32,000 nt of DNA from Candidatus Woesearchaeota archaeon (GTDB lineage: Archaea > Nanobdellota > Nanobdellia > Woesearchaeales > GW2011-AR4), in contig JADHVG010000004.1 of assembly GCA_016784105.1 (NCBI GenBank), forward strand, positions 1 to 32,000, given 5' to 3'. The notes beneath the pieces are model-generated. The model was not told the origin of the DNA. It ran no database searches and saw only the letters and a list, made by a program, of their open reading frames with translations. Positions within the stretch are counted from its first letter, which is position 1; each line of letters begins with the position of its first letter. This document shows, in pieces, positions 1 through 9,914 of the stretch. Made by a program: the position numbers and the translations under genes.

Positions 1-472
1 GGAATTCATGCCTCGGATCACCACCCTATATATGGATCAGATATCTGAGCATCAGAGAGATTTAACTAATTCCGCTACCTCCAGATTTGTTGCTGAGATT
101 CTAGCAGCTTTTTACATTTCTGTTTCCAGATTAAACAGGACTATGGCAAACTTGGTTGTTGATAAAGAAAACATAAAGAAAAATTTTGATCTGAACCGTG
201 GCATGATTGTTGCAGAACCTTTGTACATTCTTTTAGCTGCTCACGGTCATCCTGATGCGCATGAAGCTGTTAGAGAATTAACTCTGAAATCCCAACAAAC
301 AAAAAAACCGTTGCAAGACTTAATTAAAGATGAAGATTCGTTGAAGCCTTATCTAAAAAAATTTACTGTGAAGCAGATATCCGTTATAACCAATCCCGAG
401 AATTATGTTGGGATAGCCTCCCAAAAAGCATCTTCTATTTGCAGGTTCTGGAAGAAAGAGCTGAAGATTTAG
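1..472 (+). CDS. purB: adenylosuccinate lyase, C-terminal portion (5' end outside the window)
   Basis: The frame is open from the window edge to TAG at 470-472. The translated tail (SEHQRDLTNS, MIVAEPLYILLAAHGHPDAHEAVRELT, ENYVGIA) matches my memory of the fumarate-lyase superfamily ADSL C-terminal region. Confidence 0.75.
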   Translation, partial: EFMPRITTLYMDQISEHQRDLTNSATSRFVAEILAAFYISVSRLNRTMANLVVDKENIKKNFDLNRGMIVAEPLYILLAAHGHPDAHEAVRELTLKSQQTKKPLQDLIKDEDSLKPYLKKFTVKQISVITNPENYVGIASQKASSICRFWKKELKI

Positions 473-958
473 TCACTTTACGGTCTTACTAACGTACAAC
501 CACAATTTTTGCTGATAGCGTGCCATCATCCCAGATGGTGTTAACCTTAATAATTTCCTGAATGAAGTTTTGAAGTAAATAACTCCCCAGTCTTCAAATT
601 CTTGCAAAAATTTGTCAGTTCTTTTTATTTTCTCAGTAACACTTTTTACTATGTCCTTGACAGAATTTTTTGTAGAAGAATAGTAATCGTACATTTTTTC
701 TTTGACTCCTGAAATATAGTCTTTTAGGACACTTGCAAGATAACTTCCTTCATTTTTTTCAGTTTGAGAATTTAGGATTTTATTATTAAAAAAGAATTCC
801 TCTTTTTTCTCTTCCTTAGTTTTAGTTTGGGAAATATCGATGTGTTTGGATTCAGTTTGTAGTATGTTCTCCACAACTGAAGGCAATGTTTCTTCTTTTC
901 CTCTTTTTTGATTTCTTATAGCAGCGGAAATCTCAAGAATACTTTCCAAGCTATTCAT
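473..958 (-). CDS. hypothetical Lys/Glu/Ser-rich protein (161 aa)
   Basis: Long ORF with a TATA-like box (minus-strand cctttataac, 981-990) ending 23 nt upstream of its ATG. I recognise no family. Its stop codon directly abuts the purB stop. Confidence 0.5.
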   Translation of the reverse strand: MNSLESILEISAAIRNQKRGKEETLPSVVENILQTESKHIDISQTKTKEEKKEEFFFNNKILNSQTEKNEGSYLASVLKDYISGVKEKMYDYYSSTKNSVKDIVKSVTEKIKRTDKFLQEFEDWGVIYFKTSFRKLLRLTPSGMMARYQQKLWLYVSKTVK

Positions 959-980
959 GCCCTTGATGTCCGGAATTAAT

Positions 981-994
981 GTTATAAAGGTTTT
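981..994 (-). promoter_or_regulatory. BRE/TATA box of the divergent 161-aa ORF
   Basis: The minus strand reads aaaacctttataac, ending 23 nt before ATG 958. Confidence 0.45.
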
Positions 995-1013
995 GGTTCT
1001 CTAACATCTCAAT

Positions 1014-1029
1014 AAAAAACCTTATAAAC
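1014..1029 (+). promoter_or_regulatory. BRE/TATA box of purM
   Basis: aaaaaaccttataaac ends 22 nt before ATG 1051. Confidence 0.45.
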
Positions 1030-1050
1030 AAAGATTATTTCTATTTTGTC

Positions 1051-2139
1051 ATGTCTTATCAAAAAAGAGAATCAAAAGCTGTTGATGCAATCAAAAGTGC
1101 GATTCCTTCTTCTCTGAAAAGTGATATGTTAAAAGCAAGTAAGGGCATGTTCGCAGAGCTTTATGAAACTAAAGTTATTCCTAATCATTATCTCGCAACT
1201 GGAATAGATGGGGTTGGTACAAAACTAATCCTTGCGGAAGCAATGGGAATTTATGATACTATAGGTATTGATCTTGTGGCTATGAGTGCAAATGATCTTG
1301 CAACTTTAGGTCCGGTAAGTCCTTTCCTGTTCATGGATTATTTGGCATGCCAAAGTAAGATTCAAGAAAAAAAGATAACTGGAAAAATCATTAGAGGAAT
1401 TGTTAAAGCATTGAAGCAGTGTGATGCTTCTGCCATATTAAGAAATTCCATAAGGTTAAATTTTGGGAAGGGAGAAACTGCTTCTGTTGATGAACTTATT
1501 GATGCAACTAATCCTGGTTATGGTTTTGATGTTGCTGGCTGCATGCTTGGTTTCATTGAAAAAAAGAAGTTCAAGAAGCAAAAAGTGCAAAGCGGAGACA
1601 AAATAATTGCGTTAAAAAGTTCTGGGCCTCATTCCAATGGATACACTGATCTAAGACATCATTTATTGAATGGTAAGTTTGATTCCAGAAAGAAATACCG
1701 GAAATTGTACAAAGGTAAGTTTTCATTGAACTCTAAGTTTGATAATTCTACTATTGGAAAAAGATTGCTAGAACCTACTGAACTATACTTGAAAAACATG
1801 GTGAAGGTTTCTAAAAACTTGGATGTTCTGGGAATTAATAACACTGGTTATGGTCTTAAGAACTTAAACAGACTAAAAGGTTTTGAGTTCAGGATAAACA
1901 ATCCTATCAAGCCTCAACCGATCTTTGAACTTATGCAGACTCATTCTGGTTTCTCAGATAAGAAGATGTATGAGACCTTTAATATGGGCATGGGTTTTTT
2001 TATAATGGCAAGAAAGAAGGATGCTGATAAGATCTTGCAGATAACTAAAGGAAAGATTGTTGGAGAAGTAAGAAAAAGTTCTAAAACAAGAACAATTCTC
2101 GAAGATAAAAACAAAAAGATTTCTTTTGAGGGTTATTGA
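1051..2139 (+). CDS. purM: phosphoribosylformylglycinamidine cyclo-ligase (AIR synthetase)
   Basis: Collinear with E. coli PurM as I recall it: GIDGVGTKL, DTIGIDLVAMSANDL, GETA, YGFDVAGCMLG, SGDKIIALKSSGPHSNGY, LLEPTELY, MYETFNMGMGF. A TATA box ends 22 nt upstream of the ATG. Confidence 0.85.
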   Translation: MSYQKRESKAVDAIKSAIPSSLKSDMLKASKGMFAELYETKVIPNHYLATGIDGVGTKLILAEAMGIYDTIGIDLVAMSANDLATLGPVSPFLFMDYLACQSKIQEKKITGKIIRGIVKALKQCDASAILRNSIRLNFGKGETASVDELIDATNPGYGFDVAGCMLGFIEKKKFKKQKVQSGDKIIALKSSGPHSNGYTDLRHHLLNGKFDSRKKYRKLYKGKFSLNSKFDNSTIGKRLLEPTELYLKNMVKVSKNLDVLGINNTGYGLKNLNRLKGFEFRINNPIKPQPIFELMQTHSGFSDKKMYETFNMGMGFFIMARKKDADKILQITKGKIVGEVRKSSKTRTILEDKNKKISFEGY

Positions 2140-3170
2140 TCTATACTCAGAACTTTTCTTGCTATGTGTTTGGTAAATATTGATGATGCTTTTACATATT
2201 CTATAACTCTAGCTGCTGACAGCATGTTTTTTGATATTACATTAGCTTCTTTAGGAGATTTTTTTAGCGAGACTGACCAGCTCTTGCTTGCATCTTCTAG
2301 AAAATTATTACAATTTTTTATTATTTCTGAGTTAGTGGTCTCTATTTCCAGAGCAAGTTTCTTGTCAGTATTATAGTAGGATTTCATTGCTTTGTGAAAT
2401 CTCTCCTTGATATGTGTTATTATCTCTTTAAGTTGCTTAAGCTCTTTATCCTTGAAGTTAGTTTCTTCTATTAACCTGCTTATCCTTTTTTGCGTATCTG
2501 CTATCTCTTCTAATCTTGTTAACACAGCACGATCTATCAAAAGTTTCCAGGAGCTTGTATTTGATTTACTTATCAATTGAGGATGGTCCATAAGGTTTTT
2601 TATTGCTCTAAACCCAAGATAGTAGAGTCTGTTAAGGTCGTAGTCTTGATTGGTAACACTTTTTGGCTTACATTCCTTGTCTATGCATGCTATTGTGTCT
2701 TGCATCATGGATCTTGCTAGGACATCCATCCTCCTAACTATGCTTTGTATAGAAATGCCGTTAAGGTCTATCAGGTCTTTTGCAACTATTCTTGTTGCTG
2801 TTTGCTCAATTATTTCCATCCCTGATAAATTCCTTATGATTCCTTTAACAACTGGGGCATCATCTTGTAGTGTTTGTGAGAAAATTTCTATTGTAGAATA
2901 ATTGTTTAAGTAAGCACTAACGATCTCTGCTTTTACGTGTGCCAGTTTCTTGCCTTCCATTCCTATGGACATTATTTTTTCTTTTTTCTTTGAATCAGTA
3001 TTTTGGGCGCGGAACGTAAGCTCTTCCATGCTTTCTTCTATCCCTATAAGGTCTCCTTTCTTTAAGCTGTTTTTCTGGACCCATTTTTTTGGGACAGTAA
3101 CAACAAAAGAGCCATTGCTAAAACCTATAAGTTTTCGATAATCCATATTAACCACTCCATCAAGATCCAT
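2133..3170 (-). CDS. PhoU-family regulator with N-terminal AbrB/SpoVT-type DNA-binding domain
   Basis: The N-terminus (YRKLIGFSNGSFVVTVPKKWVQKNSLKKGDLIGIE) is a typical AbrB/SpoVT swapped-hairpin motif, followed by about 280 aa of helical PhoU-like repeats. This architecture is common in archaea. An alternative start at 3146 (MDYRK) is equally compatible with the upstream TATA repeats. Confidence 0.7.
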   Translation of the reverse strand: MDLDGVVNMDYRKLIGFSNGSFVVTVPKKWVQKNSLKKGDLIGIEESMEELTFRAQNTDSKKKEKIMSIGMEGKKLAHVKAEIVSAYLNNYSTIEIFSQTLQDDAPVVKGIIRNLSGMEIIEQTATRIVAKDLIDLNGISIQSIVRRMDVLARSMMQDTIACIDKECKPKSVTNQDYDLNRLYYLGFRAIKNLMDHPQLISKSNTSSWKLLIDRAVLTRLEEIADTQKRISRLIEETNFKDKELKQLKEIITHIKERFHKAMKSYYNTDKKLALEIETTNSEIIKNCNNFLEDASKSWSVSLKKSPKEANVISKNMLSAARVIEYVKASSIFTKHIARKVLSIDQ

Positions 3171-3266
3171 ACGTATATACTAGATATAGCGTATATATAA
3201 TATAGGGAATAAGTATATATATTTAAATTTTTCCTAACATTAGCATGGACCAGTGAGGTGGTGTAA

Positions 3267-3452
3267 ATGCAAGAAGCAGATGAAATAGACAAGATGGAAA
3301 AACAGGAAGAAGCCTTTGTGGAACCTGAACCAGAGTTTATCGATGACGAAAGCATTTATTCCGAACGGGTGCGCGACCAGCTGGTAGATGATGATGAATT
3401 ATCAGCGGAAGAAGCGGGCTTCATGAAAGGGTATGAAGAAGCAGCAACTTAA
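3267..3452 (+). CDS. small highly acidic protein (61 aa), unknown function
   Basis: ORF preceded by a strong Shine-Dalgarno-like GAGGTGGTG (3254-3262). It is very rich in Asp/Glu and ends AEEAGFMKGYEEAAT. No family recognised. Confidence 0.5.
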   Translation: MQEADEIDKMEKQEEAFVEPEPEFIDDESIYSERVRDQLVDDDELSAEEAGFMKGYEEAAT

Positions 3453-3453
3453 G

Positions 3454-3585
3454 ATGGAAAGAAAGAAATGCACAAGCTGCGGTTATGTGATATTCAAGAG
3501 TGCACACAAAGATCCATACATCTGCCGTGAGTGCGAAGGAAAATCAATGGACACAGAAAGATACGCATTCCTAGACAATGCATAA
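3454..3585 (+). CDS. 43-aa zinc-ribbon protein (CxxC...CxxC); not in the supplied ORF track
   Basis: My own translation is MERKKCTSCGYVIFKSAHKDPYICRECEGKSMDTERYAFLDNA. The ATG lies 1 nt after the TAA of the preceding ORF. There are two CxxC pairs, and a T-rich tract follows the stop. Confidence 0.45.
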   Translation: MERKKCTSCGYVIFKSAHKDPYICRECEGKSMDTERYAFLDNA

Positions 3586-3602
3586 TTTTTTCTTTTATTT
3601 TT
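3586..3602 (+). terminator. oligo-T tract after the zinc-ribbon ORF
   Basis: ttttttcttttattttt follows the TAA immediately. Archaeal intrinsic termination uses T runs. Confidence 0.35.
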
Positions 3603-3627
3603 CATTTGAAATTGATTTTAAGAATAA

Positions 3628-4311
3628 TTATTTTGAAGTGTTCATATAAAGCACGGTCATTCCATTTCCAAAATTTTCTGTAATTCTGCCTAGAAATTCC
3701 TCATGAGGTTGAGTAGATTTTTCTTTAGCTTGAGCCTTCCACCCTTCAATAGTGTTACCGGGTGTATTCATATATGCTATGACATCTGAAACACTAGCCG
3801 ATCCATCAGCAGACCTATACTCGTCTAAAGCATCTACACTGGCACTTACTTGCTCTAATCTTGATCTAAACACTACAACATCATCAGATCTATTCAAAGC
3901 ATCTGAGGATAGGTCCGAGGATTTTAAATTCTTAGATGCCATATTCTTCCACGCTGGATCTTTAAGACCTTGTGCAGCGTATTTAGCAGCTATCATACCT
4001 GACATTTCGGTAGTATCATATCGAGACATTCCAATTTCCTCCGCCTTGGACCAAATCGCAATAAGGTCTAAAGGTTCAAGATTGTAGTCTGCAGTTTGGT
4101 CTATTGCTTCTGCAAAAAAACCAAGATTATTCTTTATGTAATCGTTTGCCGTTGAGGGTTCATTAGTTTCTGGTCTTTCTGCAAAATATTTTTGAAATTG
4201 AGGCGTGAGTTCATCTAGAATTGTAAGCAAAGGGTGCTCTACACCTTCTCTAGCTACAGATTTTTCAACTTCTTCTATGGATAAAACCTTATCTGATATT
4301 TCTTGAGACAT
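3628..4311 (-). CDS. hypothetical soluble protein (227 aa)
   Basis: Long ORF. A minus-strand TATA box (gatttatatag, 4334-4344) ends 23 nt upstream of the ATG. No recognisable motif. Confidence 0.6.
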   Translation of the reverse strand: MSQEISDKVLSIEEVEKSVAREGVEHPLLTILDELTPQFQKYFAERPETNEPSTANDYIKNNLGFFAEAIDQTADYNLEPLDLIAIWSKAEEIGMSRYDTTEMSGMIAAKYAAQGLKDPAWKNMASKNLKSSDLSSDALNRSDDVVVFRSRLEQVSASVDALDEYRSADGSASVSDVIAYMNTPGNTIEGWKAQAKEKSTQPHEEFLGRITENFGNGMTVLYMNTSK

Positions 4312-4560
4312 TTTATGGATTATGTGATAACTACTATATAAATCTTTCTATTTTGTAACTACTCTTAAATAACAAATTTTTATAAATTCTTAATTCTACA
4401 AATTTTTTTCTTTTTCTAAAACCTTTAAATTCTCAACTTTTGGAGCTTAATTCCCTAAAATTCTAATAGAAACCTTTATATACTTTCTCATAATAATTTT
4501 GTATGGTTTGGGGCTTAAATCTCGACGGTAATTTATCATTTGAACTTAATCTACTAGTAA

Positions 4561-6465
<1,905 letters not shown>

Positions 6466-6723
6466 ATGGCATTTCTGATAGAATTAATAGGGTATTTTGC
6501 TGGTTTCATGACCACGGTAGCATTATTGCCTCAAGCACTTAAGTCGTGGAAGTCCAAGCACACTAAGGATGTTTCTTTAGGTTGGATAACTATCCTTACA
6601 ACTGGGGTTATACTTTGGATAATTTATGGCTTATTGACACTTACCCTTCCTCTGGTAGTTGCGAACATAGCAACCTTAGTCCTGTGTTTAACTGTTTTAA
6701 CCCTTAAAATCAAGTATGGTTAG
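6466..6723 (+). CDS. SemiSWEET-like PQ-loop membrane protein (85 aa, 3 TM)
   Basis: Three hydrophobic helices with an LPQ motif at the end of TM1 (TTVALLPQALKSWKSK). The size is typical of prokaryotic SemiSWEET / MtN3 half-transporters. The ATG immediately follows the gyrB TAA. Confidence 0.65.
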   Translation: MAFLIELIGYFAGFMTTVALLPQALKSWKSKHTKDVSLGWITILTTGVILWIIYGLLTLTLPLVVANIATLVLCLTVLTLKIKYG

Positions 6724-6726
6724 GAG

Positions 6727-6740
6727 AAACCTTTATAAAG
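6727..6740 (+). promoter_or_regulatory. BRE/TATA box of rps3ae
   Basis: aaacctttataaag ends 22 nt before ATG 6762. Confidence 0.5.
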
Positions 6741-6761
6741 CGATATTTTCTCCCACACATT

Positions 6762-7505
6762 ATGGCAAAATCGAAGAATTTGAAGAAACAATGGTTTCCA
6801 ATTATAGCTCCAAAGCTATTCAATAATACTGTTCTTGGAGAGACTCACGTTTATGATATTAATGCAGCAGTGGGAAAAGGTGTCAAGCAAAACTTGATGA
6901 ATCTTACCCGTGATGGAAAAAAGCAAAACATAAACATCAGTTTTGAAATTGGTAATGTAGAGGCTGGTAAGGCATATGCTGACATGACTGGTTATAATTT
7001 AATGCAGTCTTCTGTTAAGAGATTTGTGAGAAGGAATATAGACAAGATTGAGATGTCTTTTGTGTGCTCAACTCATGACAAGAAAAGTATGAGGATAAAG
7101 CCTTTAGTAATAACAAGGACCTCAGCAAGCAACAGTGTCGGAACTAGGATGAGAAGAACGGCAGAAACTTTTATTAGAAATTATATTGAAAAAATAAATT
7201 ATGATCTTTTCACTCAGGACCTTGTAGCGAGAAGGATGCAGGATGCTTTGAGAAGGCATTTGAGTAAGATACATCCGGTAAGAATTTGTGAGATAAGGTC
7301 TATGAAACTTGCTAAGAGTGAGGAGGGGGATGTTGTAGTTGAAGAAGCAAAAGAAGTTTCGGAAAGTGAAGTTAAAGAAGAAAAGAAGGAAATAACAGTC
7401 CGGGAAAAAGAAGTTCAAGAAGTGAAGAAAGCTGAACCAGCAAAGACAGAAGAGAAAACAGTTGAACCAGCAAAAGTTGAAGAGAAAACACCAGCTTCTG
7501 AATAA
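6762..7505 (+). CDS. rps3ae: 30S ribosomal protein S3Ae with a Lys/Glu-rich C-terminal extension
   Basis: The N-terminus KKQWFPIIAPKLFNNTVLGET... and the overall length of the core match archaeal S3Ae/eS1. A TATA box (6731-6740) ends 22 nt upstream of the ATG. Confidence 0.9.
   Translation: MAKSKNLKKQWFPIIAPKLFNNTVLGETHVYDINAAVGKGVKQNLMNLTRDGKKQNINISFEIGNVEAGKAYADMTGYNLMQSSVKRFVRRNIDKIEMSFVCSTHDKKSMRIKPLVITRTSASNSVGTRMRRTAETFIRNYIEKINYDLFTQDLVARRMQDALRRHLSKIHPVRICEIRSMKLAKSEEGDVVVEEAKEVSESEVKEEKKEITVREKEVQEVKKAEPAKTEEKTVEPAKVEEKTPASE
7434..7490 (+). repeat. tandem 27-nt repeat (30-nt period) inside the S3Ae tail
   Basis: gaaccagcaaagacagaagagaaaaca (7434-7460) versus gaaccagcaaaagttgaagagaaaaca (7464-7490) are 23/27 identical. 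They encode EPAKTEEKT / EPAKVEEKT. Confidence 0.8.
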
Positions 7506-7623
7506 ATTTTTAAATCAATTATTAATTCTAATTTTGTTATAGCCATGTAGTGCATTAGTCCAACTGGTTACGCTAGGTTGTCACGCAAGAGAATTTTCCT
7601 CGCTTTGCTCGTCAAACTCACAT

Positions 7624-7725
7624 AGTCCCGTAGTGTAGTGGTCAATCATCTGAGACTCTGGATCTTGGGACCTAGGTTCGAAACGAGGGGTTATTCAACC
7701 ATCAACGAAAGTCCTGGCGGGGCTA
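7624..7725 (+). tRNA. tRNA-Gln (anticodon CTG) containing a 29-nt intron in the T-loop
   Basis: Hand fold: acceptor AGTCCCG/CGGGGCT, U8, D arm GTGT-AGTGGTCAA-TCAT, anticodon stem TGAGA/TCTTG, loop CTCTGGA (CTG at 7658-7660), T stem CTAGG/CCTGG, discriminator A, no encoded CCA, then TTTT. The spliced length is 73 nt. Confidence 0.85.
7683..7711 (+). other. non-canonical tRNA intron (between tRNA positions 59 and 60)
   Basis: A bulge-helix-bulge is formed by TTCG (7677-7680) / CGAA (7706-7709), with 3-nt bulges AAA (7681-7683) and AGT (7710-7712) next to the T stem. Excision restores the consensus T-loop TTCGAAT. Confidence 0.7.
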
Positions 7726-7776
7726 TTTTATTATTAAACAAAGCACTTAAAAACAAAAACTTGTTTTTTTCATAGA

Positions 7777-9000
7777 ATGATACAAGAACTACAGAATTTA
7801 ATTAATACCAGAAGAAAAGAAATAATTTCTTGGGTGGAGGAGGAAAGGTCTAAGGTTCCTATGCCAGTTTATTCTTCCTTTGACATAAGGGATAATGGCA
7901 CTAAAGCCAGTATTGTTGACTCTAATTTATTTCCAGCGGGATTCAATAATCTTTCCTGGGAGTCTAGTAAGTTAGCTTCCGAGTATTTTAAGAGATTTCT
8001 TCCAACATTATGCAAATCAAAAAATATCCTTATAGTTCCGGAAGCACATACTCGTAACTTATTTTATCTTTCAAACTTGAACAGTTTGAAAAAAATATTG
8101 GAAGATGCTGATTATAAAGTAGCCTTGGGAAGTGTACGTGAGGACATAGAGGATATATTAAAGGTAAAGGACAGCAACAACAAGATTTTAACGTTGGAAA
8201 AGATGAAGAATGTAAATGGAAAATTAACAACTAAAAGTTTTGATTGTGGTATGGTGCTTTTAAATAATGATTTCTCAATGGAAACTCCAGATTTATTGAA
8301 AGATGTCCATGAGTGCATTGCTCCTCCTATCAAACTTGGATGGTTGCACAGAAAAAAAAGCCATCACTTCAATCATTTTTGTAAGTTGATTAACGAGTTC
8401 TCTAAAAAAATGGATATTGATGATTGGTTATTATGCCCAAGAACACATGAAGTTGACGATATTGATTTCATGACTGGAAAGAATGTGGAGAAGATTGCAG
8501 AAGCTGCTGACAAGATAATATGGGAGAGCAATGAGAAATATAAAAAATATAAAATCAAGGGGAAACCTCATGTGTTTGTTAAAGATAATTCTGGAACGTA
8601 CGGTATGGGTGTTTTTAGCGCTTATTCCGGAAAAGAAATTCTTGAGCTAAATAGCAAGCAAAGAAGAAAGATGAAATCCGGAAAAGAAAAGAATCCCATA
8701 AGCTCAGTTATAATCCAAGATGGAATTTCCACAAGATTCAATGTAAAATCTCATGCTGCAGAACCGGTTATCTATTCTGTTGCTGGAAAAGTTGTGGGGG
8801 GTTTCATGCGGATTCATGATTCAAAAGATCAAGAGCAAAGCCTTAACGCTCCCGGAGCAAAATTTGATGTCTTGCTTAAGGATAATATAACAAAACCCAT
8901 AATAGACTTCATAGGAGATAACACTCAGATATCTCTGTATAGCTTGCTTGCAAATATGGCAAATATTGCTATAGGGAAAGAGATGGAAGACGCAAAATGA
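7777..9000 (+). CDS. gshA: glutamate--cysteine ligase, bacterial stand-alone GshA type
   Basis: The N-terminal block VYSSFDIRDNGTKASIVDSNLFPAGFNNL resembles the FY.SVD.RNAGFK..PVD.NLFPGGFNNL signature I remember from proteobacterial GshA (Pfam GshA family). It is coupled to gshB by an ATGA overlap. Confidence 0.65.
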   Translation: MIQELQNLINTRRKEIISWVEEERSKVPMPVYSSFDIRDNGTKASIVDSNLFPAGFNNLSWESSKLASEYFKRFLPTLCKSKNILIVPEAHTRNLFYLSNLNSLKKILEDADYKVALGSVREDIEDILKVKDSNNKILTLEKMKNVNGKLTTKSFDCGMVLLNNDFSMETPDLLKDVHECIAPPIKLGWLHRKKSHHFNHFCKLINEFSKKMDIDDWLLCPRTHEVDDIDFMTGKNVEKIAEAADKIIWESNEKYKKYKIKGKPHVFVKDNSGTYGMGVFSAYSGKEILELNSKQRRKMKSGKEKNPISSVIIQDGISTRFNVKSHAAEPVIYSVAGKVVGGFMRIHDSKDQEQSLNAPGAKFDVLLKDNITKPIIDFIGDNTQISLYSLLANMANIAIGKEMEDAK

Positions 9001-9914
9001 AATTTTTATTTGTTATTGATCCAATTGAGAACTTAAACTTAGAAACAGATTCCACAATAGAGATAATGGATGAGTGTTCAAAAAAGATAGAAATTGATTA
9101 TTGTGAAACCCGAGATCTTTTTTTTGACAAAAGCAAGGTATATGCAACCTCTACCCAAATTTTGTTGAAGAACAAGAGATATAAAAAAGTAAAGGCTGAA
9201 AAAAAATTGTTGGATTTCTTTGATTTAATATTGATGAGGAAAGAACCTCCGTATGATCTGAACTATCATTACGCTACCATGCTCTTGGACAAAACAAAAA
9301 CTAAAGTTATTAACTCTCCTCAAGGTTTAAGAAATGCAAATGAAAAGCTTGCCATTTTGAACTTTCCTGAGATAATCCCCAAAACCATTGTTACTAAAGA
9401 AGAAAAGAAAATAGTTGAGTTTGTCAATACAAATAAGAAAGCTGTTATTAAACCGATTCATCTGTTTGGAGGACAAGCAGTCTCCATTCTTGAAAAAAAT
9501 GATAGAGATCTAAAAAAGAAAATTCATGATATAATAAAGAAAGAGCAGGATTATGCTATAGTGCAAGAATTTATTGAAGAAACGTACAAAGGAGACAAAA
9601 GAATTTTTTTGCTTAATGGAAAACTTTTAGGTGGGATCCTTAGAGTTCCTAAGAAAGGGGATTTTAGGGCTAACATGGCTGTTGGAGGAAAACCTCAAAA
9701 ATATATAATAACAAATAAGGACAAAAAGATAATAAGAATGATCAGGCCTTACCTAAAAAAAGAGGGTCTTGCGTTAGCAGGAATTGATGTTGTTGGAAAT
9801 AAGCTTATTGAGATTAACGTTACTTGTCCCACGGGACTAGTACAGATAAAGGATTTTGATAAAAATAACATAACTAAAGATATAGTGTCTTATTTAGTTA
9901 AAGAGGCAACATGA
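8997..9914 (+). CDS. gshB: glutathione synthetase (ATP-grasp)
   Basis: Collinear with E. coli GshB as I recall it: VIDPIENLNLETDST, LILMRKEPPYD, NSPQGLRNANEKL, VIKPI..FGG, GDKRIFLLNG, RANMAVGG, AGIDVVGNKLIEINVTCPTG. Confidence 0.85.
   Translation: MKFLFVIDPIENLNLETDSTIEIMDECSKKIEIDYCETRDLFFDKSKVYATSTQILLKNKRYKKVKAEKKLLDFFDLILMRKEPPYDLNYHYATMLLDKTKTKVINSPQGLRNANEKLAILNFPEIIPKTIVTKEEKKIVEFVNTNKKAVIKPIHLFGGQAVSILEKNDRDLKKKIHDIIKKEQDYAIVQEFIEETYKGDKRIFLLNGKLLGGILRVPKKGDFRANMAVGGKPQKYIITNKDKKIIRMIRPYLKKEGLALAGIDVVGNKLIEINVTCPTGLVQIKDFDKNNITKDIVSYLVKEAT

Noticed and set aside
3125-3355. A 76-aa minus-strand ORF spans the PhoU start, the divergent promoter region and the acidic ORF.
   Set aside because: It runs through TATA-repeat DNA and overlaps two better-supported genes. 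Its translation is Ser/Ile-rich nonsense.
3267-4311. I considered an apparent GC-rich island suggesting horizontal transfer.
   Set aside because: Hand counts give 57% at 3361-3420 but 32-45% in the rest of the region. Conserved native genes such as gyrB reach 47% locally (4621-4680). The contrast is therefore not robust without a proper sliding-window calculation.
7541-7623. I considered a second tRNA, a split-tRNA half, an H/ACA sRNA (ACA at 7620-7622) or a C/D sRNA upstream of tRNA-Gln.
   Set aside because: I could find no acceptor-stem complement. The D-loop would be 18 nt. There are no RUGAUGA/CUGA boxes and no convincing lower stem before the ACA. The region is kept only as an unexplained segment in the findings.
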